DNA of 64,000 nucleotides from Octopus vulgaris. Taxonomy: Eukaryota. Of the stretch, positions 1 to 14,172 are shown piece by piece. The notes under the pieces were generated by a model. That model saw only the letters and a program-made list of their open reading frames with translations. It was not told the origin of the DNA and searched no databases. Numbering within the stretch: the first letter of the stretch is position 1; every line of letters starts with the position of its first letter. The stretch spans positions 34,968,001 to 35,032,000 of the forward strand of contig OX597819.1 of the NCBI GenBank assembly GCA_951406725.2, in the 5' to 3' direction. The translations under genes were made by a program, and so were the position numbers.

Positions 1-1740
1 CATTCATATTTTGAATCAGAAGTAGTTTCTTTCTACATACCTCCATTACAGTGTGTGCTGTTAGGACATTTTATGACCCCTGTTCTATAAATTCTAGTGT
101 ATTCAAGGTTTATTTATGCTCCCTATTCACTTCTGTATATTAAATGATCCACTTACTGTTACTTGTAGCTACACACACTGCCTTGCAAATGACATTACCC
201 TTCATATACATCTTAGACACCTCACATCAACTTTCACTGTTTTCCATTACCAAGTCCTCAAAGTCCTTCATCAAAAGGGACAAGAGAAATCCTTAACAGC
301 ACAAGAATCTACTTCTATACATATATCAAAGCAACAGTATGGCACTATCTTAATAATACTAAAACTCTAGGGATGTTCCTGTGTACCTAAAATATCTTAG
401 AAATAGTATATTTTGTCTTAATTTTTTGCATATTTATTTTCATACTTACCTTCGGCAAAGCAGCACAAATTTTTGTGACATTTGGACTTCTCTTTATTAA
501 TGAAAACGAGTAAACAATTTTTGTGTCTACTTGTAGTGTCAGCACACATACAGCATTCACACACATATAATGAATTTCATGGCATGTCAATCAACACAAA
601 CATATGTCTGCTATCTGTGACATATACACACAAACATAGTCTTTGCACTCTCTTAGAAAAAGAAAAAGACGTTGACTTTTTGACGTACACAATATTTTAA
701 TCATTTAGAAATATTTTTAACTGGATGTGATTTCAAATTGTAAGTTGTTTGTACAGTAAGCATTTATGTTTTAACTGTCTTCAACTGAGTTCAAATCTGC
801 TGAGGTTGACTTTGCTTTTCATCTTTTCAAAGTTAATAAGTACCAGTCAAGCACTGGGCATCACTGTAATTGTCTAGTCCCCTTCCCTCAAAATTTCAGG
901 TCTTGTGACTGTAGTGAAGAGAATATCACAATATGGTATGATCATTGATCCATATCTTGCTGGTGTCTCTTGAAATAGATAGTAAGAATTGCACAGAATA
1001 TTTTGTAACTGGAGTAAATTCAATCAAAGTTGATCTGGGTTTAAGTAACAAGCACATCATGCATGAAATGCTTTGTCATACATATTGTATCTCTCATACC
1101 ATCAACAACATATAGTACACTAAACACTTTCCCTGATCATGTCTCCCAGAACTACAACCACCACATGGAATCCCCTCCCCAAAGCTACAAACCTCTGGAA
1201 ATTTTGTGTATTTTTTGCATTAGGGTTCATGATTAGTGGAGTGGTTTAATGTATTGGTTTGACTTCATGCTGTGATTTGGAGAGCTGAAAAAATTTTATG
1301 TATAGCTCATGGTTAGCAACTAGAGTTGCTATGAATGTGAATTGGATTTATATATGTATGTGTGGAGGCACAGTGGCCCAGTGGTTAGGACAGTGGACTA
1401 GCGGTCATAGGATCACGGTTTCGATTCCCAGACCGGCTCTAGCAGACGAGAATCATCTGTCGTGGGTGCTAAATTCCCCGGTCACGTGATTTCATTCTGC
1501 TGGAGATCCTCAATGAGAAGCATCTGGTCACTGCATGTGAATCAAACTGATGATTTCTTGTAGAATGAACTCACATGATATGGAAATTCCTGTGCCCATG
1601 GCGCAATTCTCATCTGCTATGATCTATGTGTGTGCTCTTATGCTCCTAATGCCTAAATGAGAGGATCTCTGAAGGGTAATAACGCAATATACAGTGTTCT
1701 AAAGAGACAGCCATGTTAAGTTGGATATAAGGATTACCCT

Positions 1741-1741
1741 A

Positions 1742-1778
<37 letters not shown>

Positions 1779-1823
1779 GAGTGAATGTATGTATGTATAT
1801 ATATGTATGTGTATATGTACATG

Positions 1824-1866
<43 letters not shown>

Positions 1867-2120
1867 GTATGTATGTGTATATATATATGTATGTATATAT
1901 ATGTATATATATATGTATGTATATGTATGTATATATATGTATGTATGTGTATATATATATGTATGTATATATATGTATATATATATGTATGTATATATAT
2001 GTATATATATATGTATGTATATATATATATATTTGTATATATATGTATATATATATGTATGTATATATATATATTTGTATGTATGTATATATATATATTT
2101 GTATGTATGTACATATATAT
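1741..2120. repeat. Compound (TA)n/(TATG)n microsatellite (similar tracts at 13460-13845, 15447-15800, 31980-32290, 45305-45390)
   Basis: Direct inspection; explains the Y/I/H/C/M-rich spurious ORFs. Confidence 0.95.
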
Positions 2121-2160
2121 GCATGTTAAACAATAACAATTTTACTTTTAATTAATGTGT

Positions 2161-2195
<35 letters not shown>

Positions 2196-4884
2196 TTCAT
2201 ACACATTAATTAAAAGTAAAATTATAGTTGTTGTTTAACACATGCACACACCTATTACTGTCCATCTCATATCAGCTCTGATCAGTCTTACACTTAATCT
2301 ATGAGCAAAGATATTCCAGCTATGATCACATCTGTCTTTCATTCAGACATAGTGATACGTGTCCTGAACAAAAATTATCTAATGTCATTGCCAACTCTGC
2401 TGCATTTAAAATAGCATGTTCATGCTTTTATGCTAGCGTATGTATTCATGTGTGTGTGTGTGTTGACTTGTCCTCTGCTCCACTCAAGAAGAGTCTAGAG
2501 CTGGTGTCACAATAAAATGCATGCAGTATTCTTTATAAAGTGGTTAGAAAATGAATGGAAATAATGTAGGAATATAGGACTGTTTGGTCTAACAGAGAAC
2601 ATGATACCCGTCTCTACTACTGGTGTTGATACTATGTCAAAAAGGAATGTATGAGAGAGATTGATCCTGTAATCTGTTTAGGAGAACTGTAACTCCAAAT
2701 AAGAAATGGCGTAAATGTGTGTGTGTACATACACACATATATATATGGTAATGAGTCTAACCTCTGCCCTCTATTCATATAAACAGTAAATGTATATAGA
2801 TGAGTCAAAGAGGAACCTCTATGTTGTCATTGTGCCTGCTAGAAATAGCCATCAAATCTCCTTTATATTGTACCCTACCATCCTAAACCCTGTAAGAACA
2901 TTATGTAATGTAGTCTTAAACACACTGTCATCATCATCATCATCGTTATTTTAGCTGACTGTGTTCCATGCTTGCATGGGTTGGAAGGAGTTTACTTTAG
3001 CAAATTTTCTTTGTCAGATCCCTTCCTATTACCAACTCTCACCTGTTTCCAAGAAAGGCAATGTTTTATCAAGGCCACACATGTTTCCACAGAATATAAG
3101 AAATGAATGACACTGTTTATATAACAGTGATACTCATTTACAACTATCATGTGCTGTCAAGACAAGGTGACACAAATATACACACTTACAAACACACACA
3201 CACACATGTATATTACACACAAATGGGCTTGTTTTCAGTTTCTGTCTACTAAATTCACTCACAAAACTTTGGCTGACCTGGGGCTATAGTAGAAGACATT
3301 CTCCCAAAGTGCCACACAGTGAACCCAAGCAAACTTCTAAACCATATGGTCATGGCTGTGGCTCTATATAATGAAAAGCACCAAAAAATGGATGACTGCA
3401 ATTGGAAACAGAGTTGACCTGGGGCCAAGCAACAACAATGGTGTACAAAGACATATTCTGAACTTTAAAAAAATAGTTGCACAAATATTCGATAACATAA
3501 CCAAATGTTTTTTGGGTATTTTTCCTTTGTGGGGGTAGGTGTAGTTTATTCAGGAGACAAAAGTAATGCCTATGACTTTTGTGAGCACTCAGACTCCAAT
3601 AAGGTTGAATTATTGTTTAGTTTGAACATGTGTAAGCTGAAGCTTGTATTAAAAAAGAGACAGAATTCTCTAGAAAGGATGCTCTGACATTAAGTAAAAT
3701 GCATAGAGCAGGGGAGAAGGCTCACGCATAACTGCTATTGATGAAATAAAACCATAATCACAGGCATTCCGTCCATGACTGTCCAGTCTTTCAGACAGTA
3801 TATATGGGGCTATGTTATCAAATGCATCTTGCTATGTTCAACATAATTGTGCATAACTTGAGGGAGATTTGACTGCTATTTCTAACAGTACAGCCACAAC
3901 AAGCAGCCACAGAACAACTTATTGAGAAATGATTAGTTTGTTGACTGAACCTGAGTGAAGGTAGTATACAACTAGCTAATTAAAAGAACTAAAAGCTATT
4001 GTATCAGTGATAATAATAAGTAGTTTTAACCAGAGTATATTTGTTAGAAGCTCTGGAACACAGTTTAGAATTGTTTTGTCTTCTTTGCTGACTCTGACAT
4101 GTTTACAGTTGTTGGACAGCTGACATTTGTAGCAGTTTACATATCCTAATTTTCTGTATCAGATTTAATCTATTTACATTTGGTACATCTTTCTAACAGC
4201 TAGGTGAGGAAACTGTGGTAATGTAGTAATCCGATCAGAAGTGCAACTAAATGCTTGCAATGAAATTTGAACCTGTGAATAATGAGTAATTGACTCAAAA
4301 TATCTGTTTGATGATCTCATATCATGTGTGTGTGTGTAATCATTGTTTTTTGCTCATTTTCGATGCTGATGTGAGTTGGGTGGTTTGACAGGTTTCAGTG
4401 GGTTGAAGGACCACATATTGTTCCAATTGTCTTCGTTTTTGGCATGGTTTCTTTGGCTGGATACCTTTCCTAACACCAACTACTTTACAGATTATACTAG
4501 ATGCGTTTTTCTTGGTACCAACATTATAGAGGTTATCTTGCCTTAAATAAGACTAAAGAAGTATTGTTGCTGCTTGATTCAGTTTATCTTACTTTTTTTT
4601 GTTGGCACAGTATTAATGGATTGAAGAGCCCACAACTGAAAGAGAAGAAATTAAATTTGGTGAAAGAAACAGATTCATTGTTGTGAGAGAGTGACAGAGG
4701 CTAGAGAATGAGACATGTGAATTATAGAGATATAGTGAGGGATGTGTGATAGGAGTATTCAGTTTTCTGAGAGGGGTGTGTAGCTCAGAATAACAGTCAC
4801 TGTAGCAGGACTTTTGAAATTACATGGGCATGCAATAACCTCTTATGAGCAAATAGAAGTGAATGAAGGATTCAAAGAACTCAA

Positions 4885-5189
4885 GGTGGAGGCACTTGGC
4901 CTAGTGGTTAGAGCAGCGGACTCGCGGTCAAGGGATCGCGGGTTCGAATCTCAGACTAGATGATATGTGTGTTTATGAGCGAAACACCTAAGCTCCACGC
5001 TGCTTCAGCAGAAGGTAATGGCGAAACTTCTGCTGACTCTTTCGTCACAACTTTCTCTCACTCTTTCCTCCTGCATCTTGCAGCTCACCTGCAACGGACC
5101 AGCGTCCCGTCCAGGTGAGGAACCTATATGCCAAGAAACCGAGAAACCGGCCCTTATGAGCCAGGCATGGCTCGAGAAGGAACAAACAA
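4885..5189 (+). mobile_element. tRNA-derived SINE with TSD
   Basis: A box TGGCCTAGTGG, B box GGTTCGAATC, (AAC)n-like tail; TSD caaagaactcaa; sister copy at 25362-25661. Confidence 0.88.
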
Positions 5190-8100
5190 CAAAGAACTCA
5201 AAACACAGCTCAGAGCAAGATTCAAAGAAAACTTATCTATTTACATCAATAAGTTACTAAATGAGAAAAAGATTGGGACACATGCTGATAGAAAAAACCT
5301 ATAGACTTGATGATTTCCATGAGCAATCAAATTGCTAAAGAACACCTAGCACAAATTGAAGTTCCCAACTTTTGGACGATTTACTACAGACAGCAACGTG
5401 TGGGTGTTTGTATGTTCTCCGATTGTAAAGAAAGGCACATTTAAATGGCATCATTTATTTTCAGTTCTCTGTGTAATCATATCCAGGTTGTTTGTTGTTC
5501 AATATACTGGAGGTATTATTACTTTGATAGGTGAAGATTGGTATCAGGAAGGACATCTGTCCTTAGTAAATATTGTGTCGTAGTTTCCTCTAATGCATTC
5601 AAGCATGGAAAAGTAGGAGTTGAAGCAGTAATGATATGCACACATGCAGGTATAGGTGTGTATATGTAAGTGTATATATTTGTGTGTCTCTGTGTACGTG
5701 AGTTCTTGATTTTATGTGTTTGATGTTCGTTAGCAAAATATCAACCTTACGATTAAATACAGGTAGTGTTATGTGCCCTAATTAACCAAAAAAGCATGTC
5801 CAGGTTTCATGACATTTTGTGCAATCTTTGTAATAGAAATTTCATTGCTATTTCGAGCTTGTATATGTGTAAGGTAAAATTAAGGTACTCAATACTTATT
5901 TGTCATACATGAAGGTGCGTGGCTCAGTGGTTAGAGTTTCAGGATTACAATTGTGAGATTGTGAGTTCAATTCCCTAACCAGGCTGTGTGTTGTGCTTTG
6001 GGCAAGATACTTTATTTCATGTTGCTCCAGTTCACTCAGCTGTAGAAATGAGTTGTGATGTCGATGGTGCCAAGCTGTATCGGTATTTACCTTTTCCTTG
6101 GACAACATTGATGGTGTGATGCATGAGTGACTGCTGGTCTTCCACAAACAATCGTGGTTGGACTTGTTCCTCAGAGAGGAACTTTCTAGATTCAATCTCT
6201 TGGTCATTCGTGACCAAAGAGGGCTTTTACTCTTTTACCTGCTTGTCATAAGGTTTCTTGAGTCCATTATATAATGAGTATGTAAGCAATCATGGAAGTA
6301 CAAACTGGTTTTACACAGATACCAGAATGGATATGGACAAACTTCCTTGGACTGTTACCAATTTTGCATTTAGGCCTCTGGCTTGGTAGCCAGGTATCTA
6401 CAGCAGCACACCTGTTTCTGCCCTCATTCTTGATCACTCTCTCCTCCTCTTGTTTTTTCTCTGACTAGGTAACCAAGTATCTCCTTTACATCAGCACACC
6501 TGTTCCTATCCTCTTTCTTGTATCTCTCTCTCACTCTCTTTCTCTCGCTGGGTGGCCATGTACCTCCTCTATATCAAGACACCTGTTTCAGCCTCTCTCT
6601 GTCTCGCTCTAACTTTTCATCTGACATTGGATCACCTCCTCCAATACCTGTTTCTGCCTCTCTGTCACACTCTAACCTTTCATCATCTGACACAAGATCA
6701 CTTCCTCCAATTTCTCCCTCCTCTCTCAAAGGTCCTTTGTTTTGCACGTTACTTGGTGACCCTGCCAGTGCTGGTACTGTGTAAAAAGCATCCAGTCTAC
6801 ACTGTAAAGTGGTTGGCATTTGGAGGGGCATCCAGCTGTAGAAACCCTGCCAAAACAGACACAGTAACCTGGGGTAATCTACCTGGCCAGCTCCTGTCAA
6901 CCATCCTACCCATGCATGTATGGAAGACAGATGTTAAATGATGATGGTGGTGGTGGTGGTGATGATTCATAATATCTTCTCAAATTTCTACAGAAACCAT
7001 AAAAAAGTTTTAAGGCATGGCTGATTGGTAAGAAGCTTGCTTCCCAACAACATGGTTCCAGATTCAGTCCTCCCCACATGATACCTTGGGCAAGTGTCTT
7101 CTACTATAGCCTTGAACGAAGTCTGTTAAATATATATATCATCATCATCATCATCGTTTAACGTCCGTTTTTCGTGCTAGCATGGGTTGGACGGTTCGAC
7201 CAGGGTCTGGGAAGCCAGGAGGCTACACCAGTGTTCCTACAGCTGGATGCCCTTCCTAACTCCAACCACTCCATGAGTGTAGTGGGTGCTTTTTATGTGC
7301 CATTGGCACAGGGGCCAGAGGAGGCTGGCAAACGGCCACAAAATATATATATATATATATATATAAGAAAAAACGAAATGGAAAAATTGATATGCTGACA
7401 TCAATTTATTGAAATAAATCCAATTTCAAACAATATCAAACTCACAGATCCTACAATCATTTCCATGCTCATGTGAAACTAACATCTTTTAGTATTTCAC
7501 TACTACACTGGATAAAACCAGGGAACCTGGATGCTGACATCCCTTTAAGAAGTATTTATATCCTTGAAATAATTTATACTAGCTGGACCCATGAAAAGTT
7601 CAGGGAAAATTTTTAAAATGTAAGCATCTGTAAACAGTGTACTGGTGCCATGAGAAATGTTTGTATATTATGACCGTCTGTCTTTACGTTCTGAGTTTGA
7701 ATTCTGCCGAGGTCGACTTTGCCTTTTGTCCTTTCGGGGTTGATAAATTAAGTACCAGTTGTGTACTGGGGGCCGATCTAATCAACTGGCCTCTTCCCCA
7801 CAAAAATTTGAAGCCTAGAAAAGTATATTGTGACAGTTACAGAATATAGAAAGTAATGTAACACCAATGACTATATAATCCAATCAAAATATCTCAGTTA
7901 CACAAACGTAAACGGAATTACTATTTAACCTTAAAATACATCGTACATATTCAAAGAACCTTCTTGGTTTGGTGGTATGGAACGTTTTTCTGGTCATTTG
8001 ACAGTGGCCATGCTGGAGCACCACCTTTTAGTCAAAGAAATTGACCCCTGGACTTATTCCCTGTAAGCCTGGTTCTTATTCTTTCAGTCTCTTCTTCTGA

Positions 8101-8390
8101 ACAGCTAAATTACAAGGACACAAAACACACCAACAAATGTTTTCTTTAGAAATTTGATTGCTCATGGAAATGGTGGTAGTGGAACAGACACAAACACACA
8201 CACACATACATACATATGATGGGCTTGGTGGTAATGGTGATGCTGGCTGGTGCGATTTTGTGGTTTGCTGGTATGTCAAGAGAGATCCAGCAAGCTCCTA
8301 ATTGGTTTCCTGATCTTAAAGGTGTAATATGGATGTGTAATAATGGAGCGGCTGGTGTGGTGGTGATGCTAGCTGGTGCAGTGGTCTTCT

Positions 8391-8999
8391 TCACAGTACT
8401 TCATGGTAGACAATATTTCGTGTGTAAGCCACACCATGTTTTTGACCTTGTCTGTTATCCCAGTTGAGTGTCATAACTCTTACTCTGATAGTCTTCATAG
8501 CTCGTGCTCTTGAAAATGTGACATATAATTGGCCATGAGAAAATACTGGTTGAGGCAAATGTATTCCAACTTTTTAAAATATTTGCCCTTGAACCTTATT
8601 AATTGTCATTGAATATGCAAGGCAAAGTGGAAACTGAAGTCTGTTTAGTGTGGATGGAATATTTGCATCACTTGGGCTAAGTTTAATTCTAGGAATTAGG
8701 ACTGTACGACCTCTGTTGGAGCCTGTTACCAATGATGCCTCTACACAATGTTCATGAAGTCTTTGCACTTCCATGCAAGTTCCATTACATAATCCTTGAC
8801 TGATTGAAAGATTTCTTAGCAGCATTACAATAGCCCTTACTTTTAAGTTGAGGTGATGAGGAGGCATACTGGATGGAGTGAGTGAGTTTATGAATCCAAA
8901 TGGATAGTTCTGAACCTCCTCTTCATTATTGCAGCACACTGAATCTGTGCTTAAAATACGTTTTAAGTGCCTCTGATATAATATTAAGAACTTTTGCAT
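8391..8999 (-). mobile_element. Helitron Pif1-family helicase C-terminal fragment (pseudogenised)
   Basis: PPHHLNLKVRAIVMLLRNL...GLCNGT...IPRIKL...RLQFPLCLAYSMTINKVQGQ, continuing past a stop into VFSHGQLYV.FSR and NIVYHEVL*. Confidence 0.93.
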
Positions 9000-10012
9000 T
9001 TATTGCAAGACAGAAAGAATTTTTAGGAGATAAAATTACTCATTTTTCTATTTCTTTTGGCATTCAGTTATTGAAAATTTCTGGGTACAAATGTACAAAT
9101 TGAAATGCAAAAGAATGAAATAATAAAGGGATTTATGAATGAAAGTTTGGTAATTGCGTTTATTTCCACCACGCGACAATTATTATTGCAAACTTGTTTT
9201 AACCAACCTATACTATACACACACACACACAGTTACGTTCATATATATATGTCTTGAGTTGTAGCTGTAATTCAAAGGGGCCAGCCTTGTCATATTGTGT
9301 GTGAGGCTGAATCTCCCTGAGAACTATGTTACTGTTATGCATGTCTGTGGAGTACTCAGCCATTTGTGAGTTCATTTTATCCTTGTGTGGTAATGAAAAG
9401 TGAAATTGACAGCCAGTATTTGCTGTGTATATGTATCTGTATATGAACTTTTCTTTGGATTTATGTATCTACTGTATCTCTCTCTCTTTCTTTCTCTTTC
9501 ACTTCCTTTGTGTCCCTCTTGATTTAACAATGTGTATATGTATCTACTTCTTGTGATACGATAAACATTTAAAAACACAAAACGAATGCTGTCACCACTC
9601 ACTGTCTCTTTCACACTCTTTTTCTCTCACTCCCTTTCTTTCTCTCTTACGTCCTCTCTGAAACATTTAAAAACACAAAACTCTCTCTCTCTCTCTTTCA
9701 CTTCGTCTCTGTCCTCCTCTCTCTCTCTCGCTCAGCCACTTTGAAGTAAGTGTGATGATGCACACAACAGCTATGTACAAAAATAAAAAGTTAGCTTATA
9801 AATATTATTGATGATCATATATGTAACTACATATGAATCATTGTCTAATTCTATGAGTGAAATATTAAATCTATACATAAATTGAATTAATTATATAATA
9901 AGTTTAACTAATTTGTGTGTATGTATTTGAACCATTTTTCTGTTTTTAATTCTTGTAGTTATAGTTTGTAATAGTATTATGTATATAAGTTAGCATGAAG
10001 TTTTTTAGTATA

Positions 10013-10395
10013 TCTATATATATAAAAGTGAAGTTGTGTGAGTGTCTGTCCCCTTCGATTTAGATTCCTAACTACTCCCACATTTTGCGGTGTAGTTTAA
10101 CCAAAACCGGGTATCTTATAGTCGTGATTCATATCGAGCCCTTCTGGGTATTAGCGCGCGTCTACGATGAATCTACGATTTAAAAAATAATTTACCATCA
10201 TTTTTTTCCATTTTCATGCATATTTTTTTAAAGGGAAGTAACTCTCTAAAAATGTCTATGATGAGTCAACGATTTAAAAAAAAATTTACCATCATATTTT
10301 TTCCATTTTTTTGCTATTTTTTGGCTATAACTCTCTAAAAATACTGTATAGTTATTTCCCTTACAAACCCGAGCAACGCCGGGCGATACTGCTAG
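10013..10395 (+). mobile_element. Non-autonomous Helitron
   Basis: 5'-TC start, 3' hairpin cccgagcaacgccggg then CTAG end, inserted between A and T. Confidence 0.85.
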
Positions 10396-10849
10396 TATTA
10401 TATAATTAGAATAAGATTAAACTTAGATGTTTATTAAATAAATACATAAATAATTAATTTAATGAATATAGATTAAATTATAGTAATTTAGCTTCACTTA
10501 ATGTATATTATGTATTTTAAATATTTTGTTTTAATTACTTCTATTTTAATTTTCCAGTAGTGATATACTATAGTTTATTTTCATAGATAAAATAAATATT
10601 TCTATCTATTTATTCTATTTTTATTTACACCCCGTTTTTAACGAGATAAATTTATTATAAACACTAAGTCCTACATATTAAGTTTAAAGATTTAGTTCAA
10701 TAAGATAAGTCATGTTTTTATTTTAAGATATATCGTTGAATTTTGTTTGATTTTTTATTGTAAAATTACGTATTTTTATATATATATATTTCTCTTTTGT
10801 TATAAGACAATATATGTACATTTATTTAATTATTTTATTGTTTTTATCT

Positions 10850-10934
10850 TAGACCTGATGAGTGACTATATTTAAATTGAATTGATTTTATTGTTATCAA
10901 TTTGAAAATATAACCACGAAACATGTGTAGTCTA
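10850..10934 (+). ncRNA. Type I hammerhead ribozyme motif with long stem II
   Basis: tagac-CTGATGA-gtg...cac-GAAA-catgt-GTA-gtcta; intact core and 5-bp stem I. Confidence 0.8.
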
Positions 10935-12588
10935 TTTACTAATAATATACTATTTATTTATTATTTAGTACTTTATTTAGTTCTAGGTAAATGTTTTATT
11001 GTATCTTTAATTTTTTTCTGTATAGTATGATTTAAGTATATCATTGTTGAATTGCTTCATGGTGGTTCTTCTCTAATTTATATATATATATATATGTGTG
11101 TATATATGTGTGAGTGTCATTGTATCTGTGTTTGTCTCCCCATTACTATTTGACAACTGGTCTTAGTGTGTTTACATTTCCATAACCTAGCAGTTTGGCA
11201 GAAGAGACTGACAGAATAAGTACTAGGCTTAAAAAAGAAAGAAATAAGCTCTGGAGTCAATTTGTTTGGCTAAAAAACCCTTCAAGGCAGTACTCTATCA
11301 TGGCTGCAGTCAAATGACTGAAACAAATAAAAGATAAATGATATAATTTCCTACGCACTCATAGGCAAATATATATGTATGTACATATGTACATCTGTAT
11401 GTATCCATCCATTGACTTTTTGCCATCCAAACGGTTTTATAACTAATATTCATAACTTTATGTACTTCAAATTCCCCTGTTAAAAGCAATTTACTTCCTA
11501 TCTCTCAATATTTCTGAATTCTTATGATGTAAATAAGATACATTTATTATTGGTAAGAACAAAACTTCTAAATTGGATGGAGAAAAAAAATCAAACAGTT
11601 ACTTTAGTATAATCGTAGAATGTTTGTCGTCTTTACAGAAGCTATGAGTTCAGCCCCACAGGCAGCCTTTGACTTTTTTTTCATCTAATGGGTCTTTTTT
11701 CACATGATATTTTGCAACATTCTATGGCTCAGTGGTTAGAGCATCAAGCTTACAATCATGAGGTTATGAGTTCGATTCCCATACCAGGCTGTGTGTTGTG
11801 TTTTTGAGCAAGACACTTTATCTCATATTGCTCCAGTTCACTCAGCTGTAGAAATGAGTTGCAACATCACTGGTGCCAAGCTGTCTCAGCCTTTGCCTTT
11901 CCTTTGGATAACATAGGTGGTATGGAGACGTTGGTATTCATGAGTGACTGCTGGTCTTCCATAAACTTGTGCCTTGGAGAGTAACTTTCTTGATGCAATC
12001 CCATGGTCTTTCATGGGTTTTACTCCTTTACTAGCTAGGATATGAATATCTATTCTAGATATTCATATCTTAAATAATTATTTATTACTTTCGTCCCTCT
12101 ATCATACTTAAGCCTTTTAACACCTGGCAATCAGTCAATCATCTCCACCTTCCTCTCCCAAATACTTCTTAGTAGTGGGAGCTTTTTCCTCCCTTTCTTT
12201 CTTCTCTCTCCCTATTCTTTTCTGTCTTATAGTAGCCTCACTAGTGCTGGTTTAAAAATCCAGTGCTCACTGTAAAGTTGTATAGCCAGATGCATAAATA
12301 AAGCACCCGGTACACACTGTAAAGCAGTTGGCATTAGGAAAGGCATCCAGCTATAGAAACATGAAAAGTGACATTGGAACTCAATGCAGCCCTGCAGTAT
12401 GCTGGTTCCCTGTCAAACCATCCTACCCATGCCAGCATGGAAAGCAGATGTTAAATGATGATTATGATGATGTACTTTGAGTTCTACCATTAAAAAAGAT
12501 TTATTTCATATCTTTCAAAGTTTAACTCTTATGACATAAAGAATATATGCACACACACACACATGAAAGGAGAACAAAAGTGGGGTTC

Positions 12589-12676
12589 AAATTTTGTAAC
12601 AGCTGTTTCAGCTGCATTTTATTGATGCCGCCATAGATTACATCATGACAAAAACCAGCCATCATCAGCTAAATTT
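12589..12676 (-). ncRNA. Hammerhead ribozyme motif in a diverged fold-back element
   Basis: Minus strand: aaatttag-CTGATGA-tggctg...cagct-GAAA-cagctg-TTA-caaaattt. Confidence 0.65.
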
Positions 12677-13463
12677 TGAGCACATAACCAGGTAAGGTAG
12701 AAGCAAAAGATGACTTGTTTACCAACTACCATAATGAACAAGTGATATTTTGGAAAACACAAAAAAAACAAAAGAGTAGAATTTCTAGAGAAAGTGAAGC
12801 AGATATCCCAGAGCAAATACGTCAAAACCATCCTATCTATGTACCAACTATCATAATGTGCAAGCAATATTTTGAAAAAAGAACAGAATTTATAGAGAAA
12901 GGGAAACAGATATTCCACAACAAGTAGGTCAAATCTGTTAAAATATCTTTAAAAAATAGGATGGATTTGACATATTTGTTCTGGAACGTCTATTGTTCTT
13001 TTTCAAGATATCACGTTTATTATGGTCATTGGTGAATGAGTCAACAACTTTTGCTTCTACCGTACTTGTTTATGTGTATAAAATGGCTGGCTTTTGCTAT
13101 AATGTAATCTATGGATGCATCACTAAAGTATAGCCAAAACAGCTGTTGTGAACTTTGAACGCCACTTGTGTTCTTTTATATGTACGCAATACCTGGAACC
13201 AACTCTGTGTCTGATCTATGGTTTCTATTAGATTTGATACCGGTATGTATATTTATATAACTATATATGTATGTGTATAAATATATGCTTACAGTATATC
13301 ACCGGTAAATGACAACTAAGGGTTATTTCATTTTACTGTGTGCTCAATATTAATTACCCAGTCATTCCTGACATCTTACTTGTTGATATACCTAAATTGT
13401 AATGAATTCTGGAACTGATGTACCTACCTACCTACATACAACATACCTGCCTAAACCTACCTC

Positions 13464-13498
<35 letters not shown>

Positions 13499-14091
13499 GT
13501 TTGTGTGTGTGTGTGTATATATATATATATGTTTGTGTGTGTGTGTGTGTACATGTATGTATATAAATTTTTGTGCATATATATGTATGTATTTTGACTT
13601 TCCTTTCTAGCAAGCTGGTGCTTCATGTACCCTCTATAATTATAGATAGATAGATATGTGCGTGTGTGTATATATATACACACACACATGTATATATATG
13701 TTTATCTATACATGAATAATATGTTTATATATGTATACATGTATGTATATATATATATATATACATGTATATATATGTATATATGTATATATATATACAT
13801 GTATAAATGTATATATCTACATGTGTATATGGATATATGTGTTATGTAAGGTATAATTTAGAGGTGTTAAGCCCTCTAAGGAATAGAAGTATCCAGAGGC
13901 ACTCTTGGTAATTACCTCAGTAAGTATGGTCCTTGGTATAAGGTATACAGCAGCAGGTAATTTAAAAAGGTAAACCATAGTTTAATGTATATATAGACAA
14001 TAAGAAAATGGAGGAAAAACAACAAATAGAAGTGTATCTTTGGTGCTAAAAAGCCATTATTTAATTAGTTAAGCAAGGTGAAGGTAAGATT

Positions 14092-14172
14092 GAGTTTACA
14101 GCTGTTTCTGTGTACCATGTTGAGGTAAATATGTATTTACCTCATTGCAAATGGTAGACGTCATCAGACCGA
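14092..14172 (-). ncRNA. Hammerhead ribozyme motif (stem I decayed)
   Basis: Minus strand: CTGATGA, long hairpin (taccat..tgaggtaaatac/gtatttacctca-type pairing), GAAA-cagct-GTA. Confidence 0.62.

Noticed and set aside
1699-2155. Several 114-146 aa ORFs
   Set aside because: These are translations of (TA)/(TG) microsatellites; the same applies at 13.4-13.8 kb, 15.2-15.9 kb and 32.0-32.4 kb.
4888-4960. tRNA genes (also 1364, 23925, 25366, 51547)
   Set aside because: They have A/B boxes but broken acceptor stems, and run into shared repeat bodies with TSDs, so they are SINE/retroelement heads.
8574-8999. Cellular PIF1 helicase gene
   Set aside because: Intronless, truncated, with stops and Helitron-type C-terminal motifs.
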